The notes: a model not told the origin generated them from the sequence alone. A stretch of DNA of 45,792 bases from an uncultured Collinsella sp. (GCA_900545835.1 URBB01000001.1:1-45792), one strand, 5' to 3'. Numbered from the stretch's first letter, positions 7,377-17,699 are shown. Program-made: numbers and translations.

Positions 7377-8414
7377 TTAGGCCTTATCCGACGGACCGCC
7401 AAGGCGGATGCGCGGGTCGAGGAATGCATAGCTAATGTCGACGAGCAGGTTGATCACCATAACGACGACGACGATGAGCGTAACGCCGCCCATAACGATG
7501 GGCCAGTCACGCATGCTAATGGCGCGATAGACCTCATAGCCGATACCGGGCCAGTTAAAGACCGTCTCGGTCAGGATGGCACCCGAAAGCATGCCGCCAA
7601 AGTCGACACCAATATAGGTAACGACGGGGATGAGTGCATTCTTAAGCGCATGCTTGACGATGATCGCGCGATTGGAGAGACCCTTGGCCTTTGCCGTACG
7701 GATGTAATCCTGGTTCATGACGTCAAGCAGCTGCGAGCGCATGATGCGCGCAGCATAAGCGGTCGAAACCGAAGCCAGCGTAATGGTCGGAAGCACATAG
7801 TGCATCCAATCCTGATACTGAGAGCTGGAACCGCCGGCACCCGAGATCGGCATGGAGATTGCACCGCCCGTGGCGTCCTTGAGGATGACGCCAAAGAACA
7901 GCTGCAGCAACATACCGAGCCAGAAGGCCGGGACCGCAACGAGGATCGACGTGGTGAGCGTTACCAAAATATCCCAGAAGGAATAACGCTTTACCGCCGA
8001 AATGATACCCGCACCGATACCCATAATTGCCTCGAGCACGATGGCGCACGCGGCAAGTTTGACCGTATACGGATACTTCTGGGCAAAGATATCCGTAACC
8101 GGCAGCTTGCGCTGATACGAATTACCCAGATCGCCATGAAGCAGGCCGTTCATGTAATACAAGTAACGGTCCACGAGCGACGTTTGAACGGGCTCGCCGT
8201 TCTCGTCAAGGATCGCGTTGCCGTCCTCGTCCGTCTGGACCAGGTGATAGCGGACGCGAAGCTGAAGCTCCACCTCGGGGGACAGAGCCTTGTCTCCACC
8301 GATCAGCTTGATCGGATCTCCCGGCACGATATTCTGAAGGGCGAACAGAATCAGCGTAACGCCCAAAAATACCGGGATGAACTGAAGCACACGTTTAACG
8401 ATGTACTTACCCAT
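7377..8414 (-). CDS. oppB: Oligo/dipeptide ABC transporter permease (OppB/DppB)
   Basis: PGDP N-terminal motif, DYIRTAKAKGL, KHALKNALIP, ETVFNWPGIG, LDPRIR. Confidence 0.9.
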   Translation of the reverse strand: MGKYIVKRVLQFIPVFLGVTLILFALQNIVPGDPIKLIGGDKALSPEVELQLRVRYHLVQTDEDGNAILDENGEPVQTSLVDRYLYYMNGLLHGDLGNSYQRKLPVTDIFAQKYPYTVKLAACAIVLEAIMGIGAGIISAVKRYSFWDILVTLTTSILVAVPAFWLGMLLQLFFGVILKDATGGAISMPISGAGGSSSQYQDWMHYVLPTITLASVSTAYAARIMRSQLLDVMNQDYIRTAKAKGLSNRAIIVKHALKNALIPVVTYIGVDFGGMLSGAILTETVFNWPGIGYEVYRAISMRDWPIVMGGVTLIVVVVMVINLLVDISYAFLDPRIRLGGPSDKA

Positions 8415-8444
8415 ACCACTCCCCTATCTAGGGATTAACCTAAA

Positions 8445-8474
8445 TGGGATGCCGATCGCCAGACCGGCATCCCA
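8445..8474 (-). other. Intergenic hairpin between oppA and oppB (mRNA stabiliser or attenuator)
   Basis: TGGGATGCCG...CGGCATCCCA 10-bp inverted repeat; typical position after a binding-protein gene. Confidence 0.5.
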
Positions 8475-8570
8475 AAATTACCATCAGCCAGTTTACCCCA
8501 GGTTAGGGAGAACTGTATGTTTCCCATGAGGTCTACGTAAATACTTGACCCTCACGGAAGCTGCAAACTC

Positions 8571-10247
8571 TTAGGCGAGCTCAGCGGTACCCAGATCGGC
8601 GTGCTTCTGCGGATCGACATAGAGGTGCTTAATGCGATCGGAGCCGGCGATGGTGTGCGTGTAGAACATCACCGGGATGACCGGGCAGTCGGCAGCGACC
8701 ATTGCGTCGGCCTCCTGCATCTTAGCGACGCGCTCCTCGTCGTCAACAATAGTACGAGCCTCGTCGACCTTGGCGTCGAACTCGGGGTTGTTGTAACCGG
8801 AGCGGTTGTCGCCACCGAGGGAGTCGGAGTGGAACAGCGGATACAGGAAGTTGTCCATGATCGGGTAGTCGGCAATCCAACCCAGACGACCGAACTGATA
8901 GTTAAAGTTCTGATACTGCTCGAGCAGGGCAGACCACTCAGGGGTATCGGAGACAGCGGTAACGCCAACCTTGGCGAGGTCGCCGATGATGGACTCCATG
9001 ATCTCCTTGTGACCGCCGTCCTGGTTGTAGGAAAGGGTCACGCTAATGCCACGATCGCCGTTAGCGCCAGCGGGAGCAACCTTGTCGAGGTACTCGTTAG
9101 CCTTGTCGACATCGTAGGCGCAGAACTCCCATGCGCCCTCCTTGTAGCCATCGATGCCCGGAGGAACAATGCCGTCGGCAGGGGTACGGGTACCCTTGAA
9201 GATGGTCTTGCAGATGGCCTCACGGTTGATGGCCAGGGAGATACCCCTACGCAGGTCGGCGTTGTTGAACGGCTCGGCCGTGGTGTTGCAGGTCAGATAG
9301 TACGTGGAAGGCTCGGCGCCGAGCAGCATACGCTCGCCGTCACCCATGGTGTAGCCGTCCTTGGACACGCCGCGATCCTTCTTGGCGGCATCGATCTGAG
9401 CGACGGGAACGTCGCAGACATCGAGGTTACCGGCCTGGAACTCCTTGTAAGCGGTCTCCATGTCCTTGATGACCTGGAAGTGGATGCCATCGATCTTGGC
9501 CTTGTCACCATAGTAATCGTCGAACTTCTTGACGTTGATCTCCTGGCCATCCTCCCACTTGCCGTCCATCATGAACGGGCCGTTACCGACCGGGGCAAGG
9601 TAGAAGCTCTTGACATCGGACTCGGCGCACTCGGGAACCGGGGCCAGAGCCGGGTGAGAGGCGACGAAGGGGAAGTCGGCGTAAGCGGAAGCCAGCTTGA
9701 CGACGAGGGTCTCATCGTCGGGGCAGGTAACACCGCTGAGCTCGGTAGCGTTACCGGCAAGCAGATCGTCATAGCCCTCGACCATGGAGAGGTGATAGGA
9801 GACCTCGGAAGGGCCGTACTCGGTAGCGACAGCCGACTTGGTGTTGACCAGACGCTCCCAACCGAGCTTGAAGGACTTGGAGGTAACGTCGTCACCGTTG
9901 TGGAACTTGGCCTTCTTGATCTTGAAGGTAAACTCGGTAGCGTCGTCGTTGGACTCAAAGGACTCGCAAGCCAGCGGAACGATCTCGCCCTTCTCGGCGT
10001 CGTAAGAGGTCAGAGCGTCAAAGAGCTGGTACTCGACCTGAGTGCCCTGGTCCTCCTGGACGTTGTAGGGGTCGATGCAGACCGGGTTGTTGATGTAGAA
10101 GTTCAGCGTCGAACCGGACTCAGAACCGGAAGCGTCGCCGCCCTTCTTGCCGCATGCGGCAAGAAAAGCCATGGAGCTCGCAGCGAGGGTGCCGCCAACA
10201 AAGGCGCGACGACCCATAACGGGCTGGTGGAACATAGAATCAGCCAT
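8571..10247 (-). CDS. oppA: Family-5 (OppA/DppA) substrate-binding lipoprotein with twin-arginine signal
   Basis: MGRRAFVGG...FLAAC lipobox; KFHNGDDVT, VGNGPF, LRRGISLAINRE, GWIADYP. ATG 10247 behind AAGGAGG. Confidence 0.9.
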   Translation of the reverse strand: MADSMFHQPVMGRRAFVGGTLAASSMAFLAACGKKGGDASGSESGSTLNFYINNPVCIDPYNVQEDQGTQVEYQLFDALTSYDAEKGEIVPLACESFESNDDATEFTFKIKKAKFHNGDDVTSKSFKLGWERLVNTKSAVATEYGPSEVSYHLSMVEGYDDLLAGNATELSGVTCPDDETLVVKLASAYADFPFVASHPALAPVPECAESDVKSFYLAPVGNGPFMMDGKWEDGQEINVKKFDDYYGDKAKIDGIHFQVIKDMETAYKEFQAGNLDVCDVPVAQIDAAKKDRGVSKDGYTMGDGERMLLGAEPSTYYLTCNTTAEPFNNADLRRGISLAINREAICKTIFKGTRTPADGIVPPGIDGYKEGAWEFCAYDVDKANEYLDKVAPAGANGDRGISVTLSYNQDGGHKEIMESIIGDLAKVGVTAVSDTPEWSALLEQYQNFNYQFGRLGWIADYPIMDNFLYPLFHSDSLGGDNRSGYNNPEFDAKVDEARTIVDDEERVAKMQEADAMVAADCPVIPVMFYTHTIAGSDRIKHLYVDPQKHADLGTAELA

Positions 10248-10488
10248 GCCATCCTCCTTATGAGATAGGACAAAGAAATGTTCAGTCGGACGCATGTCGA
10301 GACAATCCGATCCGAACCATCAAAACGCCGCCCGCTGCAATGGCTGGTTATGCACAACGGTCCAACGTTTTGCAATACATTAGCGCATTTTATGCACGAT
10401 TTGGGGCTAATTCCGGTTAACGGTCGAGAATTTCTTTAGTTGGGCGAAGTATGTGAGGATATTTTGACTCTGTTACAAATATGTAAAC

Positions 10489-10519
10489 AAAAAGGGTCCC
10501 GCACTTGCGGAACCCTTTT
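10489..10519 (-). terminator. Intrinsic terminator after secG
   Basis: AAAAGGGTTCCGC-AAGT-GCGGGACCCTTTTT on minus strand. Confidence 0.75.
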
Positions 10520-10542
10520 CAAGTATTTTATGCAGCTCGTGC

Positions 10543-10797
10543 TTAGTAGCCCACGATGCCCTGCGGGAAGAAGAACATGCACAGCACGACGCACACGGCA
10601 AACACGACAGCCATGATGACGGTCAGGCGGTCAAGGTTCTGCTCCATAACGCCCGTGGCAGAGCTGGAGTTATACAGCGAGCTGGCAATCATATCCGAAA
10701 CGCCGGTACCCTTACCGGAATGCATCAGGACGAGAATCGTCAGCGCCACGGCAGAAACAGCCCAAACGACAAACAGAAGAATCTGGAACGGACCCAT
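10543..10797 (-). CDS. secG: Preprotein translocase subunit SecG
   Basis: 84 aa, two TM helices, LVLMHSGKGTG...EQNLDRLT motif; follows tpiA/gpmI. Confidence 0.92.
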   Translation of the reverse strand: MGPFQILLFVVWAVSAVALTILVLMHSGKGTGVSDMIASSLYNSSSATGVMEQNLDRLTVIMAVVFAVCVVLCMFFFPQGIVGY

Positions 10798-10902
10798 AGA
10801 TAAGCTCCTTAATGAGAACAGTTTAAACTCCAGTACTGTACCACAATCCCCCGCTCTCCCCTACCTGCCACTCAAGGACGAGGTGGAAATGGCAGAAATA
10901 CC

Positions 10903-10937
10903 AAAAAGGGGATTGTCCGGTTGTGGACAACCCCCTT
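10903..10937 (-). terminator. Intrinsic terminator after gpmI
   Basis: AAGGGGGTTGTCC-ACAACC-GGACAATCCCCTTTTT on minus strand. Confidence 0.75.
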
Positions 10938-10962
10938 ACTAGAAAACGGTATTTGTTTTCTA

Positions 10963-12516
10963 TTAGGCCTCGGTGGCGAGCACGCGACCCGTCATCTCGG
11001 CGGAAGGCTCAATACCAGCCATGGTGAGCATGGTCGGAGCGATATCGGAAAGACGGCCGTCCTCGATACCGGTGAGCTTGGCTTTCTCATCAACGATGAT
11101 GAACGGCACACGGTTGGTGGTGTGAGCCGTGAACGGATGCTTAGAACCGTCGGAAGCAACGTCAAACATGTGATCGGCATTGCCGTGGTCGGCGGTAATC
11201 AGCGCAAAGCCGCCCTTGGCGAGAATCGCCGGGACAACCTTGGACAAGGCATCGTCAACAGCCTCGACGGCCTTAACGGCGGCGTCGAAGACACCGGTGT
11301 GACCAACCATGTCGCAGTTCGCGAAGTTCACGATGTAGAAATCAGCGCGATCCTCGTTAATAGCGGCGACGAGTTTCTCGGTCACCTCGGGAGCGCTCAT
11401 CTCGGGCTGCAGATCGTAGGTAGCGACCTTGGGGGAAGCGACGAGTACGCGCTCCTCGCCCTCCTTGGGCTCCTCGATGCCGCCGTTGAGGAAGAACGTC
11501 ACGTGGGCGTACTTCTCGGTCTCGGCGGTGTGCAGCTGCTTCAGGCCGTTGGCGGCGATAACGTCGGCCAGGACGTTCTCGGGGAACGTCTTGGGGAAGG
11601 CGACCTCGACGTCAAACGTCGGATCGTACTCGGTCATCGTCACAAAGTGCGAAAGCTTGATCTGCTCGCGCTCAAAGCCGTCGAATTCCTTGTCCGTGAA
11701 CACGCGGGTCATCTGACGAGCGCGGTCGGGACGGAAGTTGAAGAAGATGGCCGCGTCGCCCTCGTGAATGCCCTCGTTGTGGGCAGCGAAGGGCTCGACG
11801 AACTCGTCGCCGCGCGGGTCCTTCTCGTAGTAGGCCTTGATACCGGCAACGGGGTCGGTATCAGCATCGGACGCGTTGACCATGACGTCGTAGGCGCGCT
11901 GGATGCGCTCCCAACGGTTGTCGCGGTCCATCGCCCAATAACGACCCGAGACGGTGGCAACGCGAGCGTCGCAACCGGTCTCCTCGGAAATCTTGGCCAG
12001 GAAGGCGCAGAACTCGCTCATGTAGCCAGCACCGGACTGCGGGTCGACGTCGCGGCCATCCATGAAGGCGTGGACGCGAACGGTCTTGACACCGTGCTCG
12101 GCAGCCATCTTGACCAGAGCCTCGACGTGGTTCATGTGAGAATGAACACCGCCAGGGCTCATAAGGCCCATGAGGTGGAGAGTCTTGCCGTCAGCCTTGA
12201 CGTCGTCCATAGCCTTGACAAAAACCTCGTTCTTGGCGATGGAGCCGTCCTTGATGGCGTTGTTGATGCGCGAAAGCTCCTGGAACACGATGCGTCCGGC
12301 ACCGATGTTGAGGTGACCCACCTCGGAGTTACCCATCTGGCCATCGGGAAGACCCACGTCCTCGCCCGAAGCGCCGAGCGTGGTGTGGGGGTACTTCTCG
12401 TACAGGCTATCAAGGAAGGGCGTCTTGGCAGCGGCGACGGCGTTCTCGCCATCGGCCGGAGCAAGGCCGCAACCATCCATGATGATCAGGAGTGCAGGAA
12501 GATGACGCTGTGCCAT
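10963..12516 (-). CDS. gpmI: 2,3-bisphosphoglycerate-independent phosphoglycerate mutase
   Basis: LIIMDG, QMGNSEVGH, GGVHSH, GRYWAMDRD, AETEKYAHVT, DMVGHTG, TADHGN. Confidence 0.97.
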   Translation of the reverse strand: MAQRHLPALLIIMDGCGLAPADGENAVAAAKTPFLDSLYEKYPHTTLGASGEDVGLPDGQMGNSEVGHLNIGAGRIVFQELSRINNAIKDGSIAKNEVFVKAMDDVKADGKTLHLMGLMSPGGVHSHMNHVEALVKMAAEHGVKTVRVHAFMDGRDVDPQSGAGYMSEFCAFLAKISEETGCDARVATVSGRYWAMDRDNRWERIQRAYDVMVNASDADTDPVAGIKAYYEKDPRGDEFVEPFAAHNEGIHEGDAAIFFNFRPDRARQMTRVFTDKEFDGFEREQIKLSHFVTMTEYDPTFDVEVAFPKTFPENVLADVIAANGLKQLHTAETEKYAHVTFFLNGGIEEPKEGEERVLVASPKVATYDLQPEMSAPEVTEKLVAAINEDRADFYIVNFANCDMVGHTGVFDAAVKAVEAVDDALSKVVPAILAKGGFALITADHGNADHMFDVASDGSKHPFTAHTTNRVPFIIVDEKAKLTGIEDGRLSDIAPTMLTMAGIEPSAEMTGRVLATEA

Positions 12517-12521
12517 ATGTC

Positions 12522-13289
12522 CTACTCGCCTGCCTTGACGACCATAGAGGCGAAGTCGGCAGCCTTGAGCGAAGCGCCGCCCACGAGGGCGCCGTCAACG
12601 TCGGGCTTGGCGACGAGCTCGGCAATGTTGCCGGGCTTGGCGGAACCGCCGTAGAGAACGCGGATGCCGTCGGCGAGCTCCTCGCCGAACATCTCCTTGA
12701 GGGTCTCACGGATAGCGCCGCAGACCTCCTGAGCGTCCTCGGCGGTAGCGGTCTTGCCGGTGCCGATGGCCCAGATGGGCTCGTAGGCGACGACGACCTG
12801 CTTGGGGCAGGTGATCTCAAGGCCAGCAAGGCCAGCCTTGACCTGGTTCACGACGTGCTCGACATAGGTGCCAGCCTCGCGGACCTCGAGGGACTCGCCG
12901 CAGCAGAAGACGGGAACAAGACCGGCGGCAACGAGAGCCTTGGCCTTCTTGTTCTGATCCTCGTCGGTCTCGTGGAAGTAGTCGCGACGCTCGGAGTGAC
13001 CGATGATGCAGTAGGTGCAGCCAGCGGACTTGAGCATGTCGCAAGAGGACTCACCGGTGAAGGCACCCTTGGCCTCCCAGTACACGTTCTGTGCACCGAG
13101 GGCGATGGGGGCAGCCTGAATGCGGTCATGAACCGTGGTGATGTCGATGGTCGGAGGGCAGACGAGCACCTCGACGCCAGCCGGAACCTCGGGCAGAGCC
13201 TGAGCCAGCTCGTCGGCGAGCTTGGCAGCCTCGGCGACGTCGTTGTTCATCTTCCAGTTACCAGCGATGAGAAGGGTGCGATTAGGCAT
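12522..13289 (-). CDS. tpiA: Triosephosphate isomerase
   Basis: IAGNWKMN, IGHSERR, AYEPIWAIGTG, YGGS, LVGGASL; ATG 13289 overlaps pgk stop. Confidence 0.97.
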   Translation of the reverse strand: MPNRTLLIAGNWKMNNDVAEAAKLADELAQALPEVPAGVEVLVCPPTIDITTVHDRIQAAPIALGAQNVYWEAKGAFTGESSCDMLKSAGCTYCIIGHSERRDYFHETDEDQNKKAKALVAAGLVPVFCCGESLEVREAGTYVEHVVNQVKAGLAGLEITCPKQVVVAYEPIWAIGTGKTATAEDAQEVCGAIRETLKEMFGEELADGIRVLYGGSAKPGNIAELVAKPDVDGALVGGASLKAADFASMVVKAGE

Positions 13290-14472
13290 CGAGAAGCGCC
13301 TCCACTCCGGGCAGGGCCTTACCCTCGACGAGCTCCATGGAAGCGCCACCACCGGTGGAGATCCAGCTCATCTTGTCGGCCAGGTTGAACTTGTTGACAG
13401 CTGCGACAGAGTCGCCACCGCCGATGATCGAGGTGCAGTCGGCCTCGGCGACAGCCTCGGCGATAGCCTGGGTGCCGTGAGCGAAGTTGTCGAACTCGAA
13501 GACGCCCATGGGACCATTCCAGAACACAGTCTTGGCGCCCTTGACGGCCTCGGCGTAAAGCTCCTCGGTCTTGGGGCCGATGTCCATACCCTCACGATCG
13601 TCGGGGATAGCGTCGGAAGCGACAACCTCGGGGACAGCGTCCTCGCCAAAGTGATCGGCAACGCGGTTGTCGATGGGGAGCAGAATCTTGACGCCCTTCT
13701 CCTCGGCCTTCTTGAGCATCTCGCCGGCGCGCTCGACCCAGTCCTCTTCCTTGAGGGACTGACCGACGGACAGGCCCTGAGCCAGGAAGAAGGTGTAGGC
13801 CATACCGCCACCGATGATCAGGGTGTCAGCAGAGTCGATGAGGTGATCGAGAACGCCGATCTTGGAGGAAACCTTGGAACCGCCGACGATGGCGACGAAG
13901 GGGCGCTCGGGCTCGGCGAAGATGCCGGTCAGCGTGTCGACCTCCTTCTCGAGCAGGAAGCCGGCGACGGCAGGCAGGTAAGCGGCGGGGCCCACGACGG
14001 AACCCTGGGCGCGGTGAGCGGTGCCGAAGGCATCGAGAACGAAGACGTCACCATAGGAAGCGAGCTTCTTGGCGATCTCGGGATCGTTCTTCTTCTCACG
14101 CTTATCGAAGCGGACGTTCTCGAGAACGAGAACCTTGCCCGGCTCGACGGCGGCGACAGCCTCGGCAGCCTTCTCGCCGTAGGTGTCGGCAACAAAGGCA
14201 ACGTCAAGACCAGAGAGCTCGGCGAGCTTCTTGGCGACGGGCTCGAGGGACAGCTCGGGCTGGAAGCCGGTGCCATCGGGACGGCCGAGGTGGCTCATGA
14301 GGATGACGCGAGCATTGTGCTCAACGAGATAGTTGATGGTGGGCAGGGCAGCCTTGATACGGGTGGTGTCGCCAACGACGCCATCCTTGATAGGCACGTT
14401 AAAGTCAACGCGGACGAGAACGCGCTTGCCGTCGACATCGATGTCGCGGACGGTCTTCTTGGTAAAGGCCAT
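13282..14472 (-). CDS. pgk: Phosphoglycerate kinase
   Basis: RVDFNVP, SHLGRP, LENVRF, DAFGTAHRA, GGSKVSSK, WNGPMGVFE, STGGGAS. Confidence 0.97.
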   Translation of the reverse strand: MAFTKKTVRDIDVDGKRVLVRVDFNVPIKDGVVGDTTRIKAALPTINYLVEHNARVILMSHLGRPDGTGFQPELSLEPVAKKLAELSGLDVAFVADTYGEKAAEAVAAVEPGKVLVLENVRFDKREKKNDPEIAKKLASYGDVFVLDAFGTAHRAQGSVVGPAAYLPAVAGFLLEKEVDTLTGIFAEPERPFVAIVGGSKVSSKIGVLDHLIDSADTLIIGGGMAYTFFLAQGLSVGQSLKEEDWVERAGEMLKKAEEKGVKILLPIDNRVADHFGEDAVPEVVASDAIPDDREGMDIGPKTEELYAEAVKGAKTVFWNGPMGVFEFDNFAHGTQAIAEAVAEADCTSIIGGGDSVAAVNKFNLADKMSWISTGGGASMELVEGKALPGVEALLDA

Positions 14473-14528
14473 GTTTGCTTCTACCTTTCGTACGTGTCTG
14501 CCTCCCATTACGGCAGACGATTTCTTAT

Positions 14529-14575
14529 AAAAAGGGCGCGACCCTAGGGTGTAAGCCCTATAAGGCCGCGCCCTT
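14529..14575 (-). terminator. Hairpin/terminator between gap and pgk
   Basis: AAGGGCGCG...CGCGCCCTT arms with T-run on minus strand. Confidence 0.6.
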
Positions 14576-14612
14576 CTTTAGACGCTCAACGAGCTATTCG
14601 CTAAAAGCTAAA

Positions 14613-15638
14613 TTAAGCAACGAACTTCTCGAAGTACTTGATGGTGCGGACCATCTGAGAGGTGTAGGAGTTCTCGTTGTCGTACCAAGAGGTGACCTGA
14701 ACGAGGGTCTGGCCGTTGCCGAGGTCAGAGCACATGGTCTGAGTGGCGTCGAAGATGGAGCCGTGGGTCTCGCCGACGATGTCGCGGGAGACGATCTGGT
14801 CCTCGTTGTAGGCGAAGGTCTCGGGGATGGTCTCGGCGTAGGCCTTCATGGCAGCGTTGACCTCGTCGACGGTGACCTTCTTGTCAACGACGGCGTAGAG
14901 GTTGGTCAGCGAGCCGGTCGGCGTCGGGACGCGCTGGGCGGCACCGATGAGCTTGCCGTTGAGCTCGGGGAGAACCAGGCCGATGGCCTTGGCAGCGCCC
15001 GTGGTGTTCGGGACGATGTTCTCGGAGCAGGCGCGGGAGCGACGGAAGTTGCCCTTGCGCTGCGGGCCGTCGAGCGGCATCTGGTCGCCGGTGAAGGCGT
15101 GGATGGTGGTCATGATGCCGGACACGATGGGAGCGAAGTCGTTCAGACCCTTGGCCATCGGGGCGAGGCAGTTGGTGGTGCAGGAAGCAGCGGAGATGAT
15201 GTTGTCCTCAGCAGTCAGCGTCTCATGGTTGACGTTGTACACGATGGTGGGCAGATCGCTGCCGGCCGGAGCGGAGATGACGACCTTCTTGGCGCCAGCG
15301 TTGATGTGGGCCTGAGCCTTAGCCTTGCTGGTGTAGAAGCCGGTGCACTCGAGAACGACGTCGACGTCAAGGTCGCCCCAAGGCAGGTTGTTAGCGTCGG
15401 CCTCCTTGTAGATCTTGATCTCCTTGCCGTCAACGGTGATGGAATCCTCGCCAGCAACGACCTCGTGATCGCGAGCGTAGTTGCCCTGCGTGGAGTCGTA
15501 CTTCAGCAGGTAAGCGAGCATATCGGGAGAGGTGAGGTCGTTGATAGCGACGATCTCGGAGCCCTCATGACCGAACATCTGACGGAAAGCCAGACGACCG
15601 ATGCGACCGAAGCCGTTAATAGCAACCTTTACTGCCAT
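14613..15638 (-). CDS. gap: Type I glyceraldehyde-3-phosphate dehydrogenase
   Basis: [36 protein letters not shown] 15638 behind AAAGGAG. Confidence 0.97.
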   Translation of the reverse strand: MAVKVAINGFGRIGRLAFRQMFGHEGSEIVAINDLTSPDMLAYLLKYDSTQGNYARDHEVVAGEDSITVDGKEIKIYKEADANNLPWGDLDVDVVLECTGFYTSKAKAQAHINAGAKKVVISAPAGSDLPTIVYNVNHETLTAEDNIISAASCTTNCLAPMAKGLNDFAPIVSGIMTTIHAFTGDQMPLDGPQRKGNFRRSRACSENIVPNTTGAAKAIGLVLPELNGKLIGAAQRVPTPTGSLTNLYAVVDKKVTVDEVNAAMKAYAETIPETFAYNEDQIVSRDIVGETHGSIFDATQTMCSDLGNGQTLVQVTSWYDNENSYTSQMVRTIKYFEKFVA

Positions 15639-15772
15639 TGTGTCTCCTTTCGTAAGGCCCCCGCGAGCTACAGCGCCCGCCGTTGAGGCCCACAAACTAA
15701 CCACTCGCCTAATATACCTTTTTTTTGACTTGAATTTCACGAGAATGCTCGAAATTGAAAATCAAATTTACG

Positions 15773-15786
15773 TTAAAACGTTTTAA
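15773..15786. promoter_or_regulatory. Perfect 14-bp palindrome upstream of gap, LacI/cre-like operator candidate
   Basis: TTAAAACGTTTTAA with central CG in an AT-rich promoter region. Confidence 0.45.
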
Positions 15787-15831
15787 AGACTAAAATAGCA
15801 GCTAAATCCATATATAAGTCGTTACTTCAAA

Positions 15832-16761
15832 CTACCTGTTTGCTTCAATGAGCTTTTCAAGCCGTAAAACACGATGGTAGAGGGCTGACTTCGACAAGGG
15901 AGGGTCAGCCATCTCCCCCAAATCACGCAGCGACAGATCAGGATAGCGCTCGCGCAGGTCGCAAAAGACCGCCAAGGCATCCGGAAGCGCATCGCGAAGG
16001 CCACGCTGCTCGAGCTCATCGATAAGCGCAAGCTGATGTTGGGCGGCACCGGCACTTCTGGTCTGGTTGGCGAGCTCGGCGTTCACGCGACGGTTCACAT
16101 CGTTCTTAACCAACTTGACCGCGCGCGCCTCCTCAATCTCGGCAACGCTGCGCTTGGCACCAATCAGCTTTAATAGATGCTCGATTTCCTCGGCGCTCTT
16201 AATGTACACGGCATATGACCCCCGCCGTGCATTAACACGAGCATGGACCCCAATCTGCTCCAACAGATCGCAAAGTCCCTTGGCATATTGCTCGCCTTGC
16301 ACCGCGATCTCCAAATGAAAATCGCCGCGCGGATCGGCCACGAAGCCGCCCGCGATGAGCGCGCCGCGGATATAGGCAAGTCTACAGCAAGAACGGGCAA
16401 CGATATGTCGGGGTACGCCGGCGACAAGTCCTCCCCTACGGTCGAGGATACCCAGCAGAACCAAGGCCTTATCCAGGTCTGGCTGATCAGGCAAGGTGAT
16501 GAGGTAGTTTCGAACCTTATGCAATACAGATTTACGGACGGTGAACTCCGTTTTGAGCTTAAGGATACGATGCGTCAACGTGATCATCGTGCGCGCGACG
16601 GCTCCCGTCTCAGTCGCAACCGTCAAACGATACCGCCCAGAGCCGGCAAGCGAGAGCGTACCGCTCACGCGCGTGAGGGCGGCAAGCGTCGACAAATCGC
16701 AGTATTCACATTCGGGTTCGCAGCGCGCGAGCTCGTCACGCACCTCGGCGGTAAACGACAT
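15832..16761 (-). CDS. whiA: DNA-binding protein WhiA
   Basis: MSFTAEVRDEL, CCRLAYIRGALIAGG, YAVYIK, VNRRVNAELAN, C-terminal HTH PDLSLRDLG...SKSALYHR. Confidence 0.93.
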   Translation of the reverse strand: MSFTAEVRDELARCEPECEYCDLSTLAALTRVSGTLSLAGSGRYRLTVATETGAVARTMITLTHRILKLKTEFTVRKSVLHKVRNYLITLPDQPDLDKALVLLGILDRRGGLVAGVPRHIVARSCCRLAYIRGALIAGGFVADPRGDFHLEIAVQGEQYAKGLCDLLEQIGVHARVNARRGSYAVYIKSAEEIEHLLKLIGAKRSVAEIEEARAVKLVKNDVNRRVNAELANQTRSAGAAQHQLALIDELEQRGLRDALPDALAVFCDLRERYPDLSLRDLGEMADPPLSKSALYHRVLRLEKLIEANR

Positions 16762-16767
16762 GCAGGC

Positions 16768-17670
16768 CTATGCTTTCGTGTTGGCGCGCGACAGGTCGCG
16801 ATGGGAAATGCTCACGTGGTATTGGGCGCCTTCCAAATAACGTGCCGTGGCCTCGGCGATGGCAACGCTGCGGTGTTGACCGCCCGTGCAGCCGATAGCA
16901 ATAGAAAGCTGTGGCTTGCCCTCCGCGATATAGCCGGGCATGACCGTATCGAGCAGCTGCGTCCAGGCCTTCCAGAACTCCTGGGTCTTGGGATGGTCCA
17001 GAACAAAGTCGGAGACCTTCTTATCGAGACCGGTCATCGTGCGCATCTCGGGATCGTAGAACGGATTGGGCAGGAAGCGAACGTCGATCATAATGTCCGC
17101 CTCGACGGGCATACCGTGCTTAAAGCCAAACGAGAACACGTGAACGTCCATGAGCTGCTGGTCGGACAACTCGGAGAACGCCATGCGCAATTTGTTGCGC
17201 AGAGCAGAGGTGCGCAAGCGGCTCGTATCGATAATCATGTCAGCTCGGTCGCGAACGCCCTGCAGCTGCAGGCGCTCGCGCTGAATCGCATCGGCCGTAG
17301 TCTCCCCCGGCTTGGCAATGGGATGGCGGCGGCGGTTTTCACTATAACGACGGATCAGCACCTCGTCAGAGGCCTCGAGAAACACGATGTCGCAGCTCAT
17401 CTCGCGCTCCTCGAGTGCGGCAACGGCATCGAGCAGCTCATCGAACAAGCCCTGGCTGCGCAGGTCGCAGGTGACGGCAAGATGCCTGCCCACGCCCGTA
17501 TTGATGCCGACGAGTTCGGCAAGCTGGGCGATCAGACGCGGAGGCAAGTTGTCGATGCAAAAGTAGCCCATGTCCTCGAACACATGCATGGCCTGCGTTC
17601 GGCCCGATCCGGACATTCCGGTGATGATGACGATATCGGGGATGCGCTCCGAGCGCTCCGCCGCATCCAT
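16768..17670 (-). CDS. rapZ: RNase adapter RapZ / YvcJ-family P-loop NTPase
   Basis: ITGMSGSGRT, EDMGYFCIDNLP, SFGFKHG, DVRFLPNP, GCTGGQHRSV. Confidence 0.95.
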   Translation of the reverse strand: MDAAERSERIPDIVIITGMSGSGRTQAMHVFEDMGYFCIDNLPPRLIAQLAELVGINTGVGRHLAVTCDLRSQGLFDELLDAVAALEEREMSCDIVFLEASDEVLIRRYSENRRRHPIAKPGETTADAIQRERLQLQGVRDRADMIIDTSRLRTSALRNKLRMAFSELSDQQLMDVHVFSFGFKHGMPVEADIMIDVRFLPNPFYDPEMRTMTGLDKKVSDFVLDHPKTQEFWKAWTQLLDTVMPGYIAEGKPQLSIAIGCTGGQHRSVAIAEATARYLEGAQYHVSISHRDLSRANTKA

Positions 17671-17699
17671 GGCATCTCCCTTTTGCATGTGTGCCTCCT

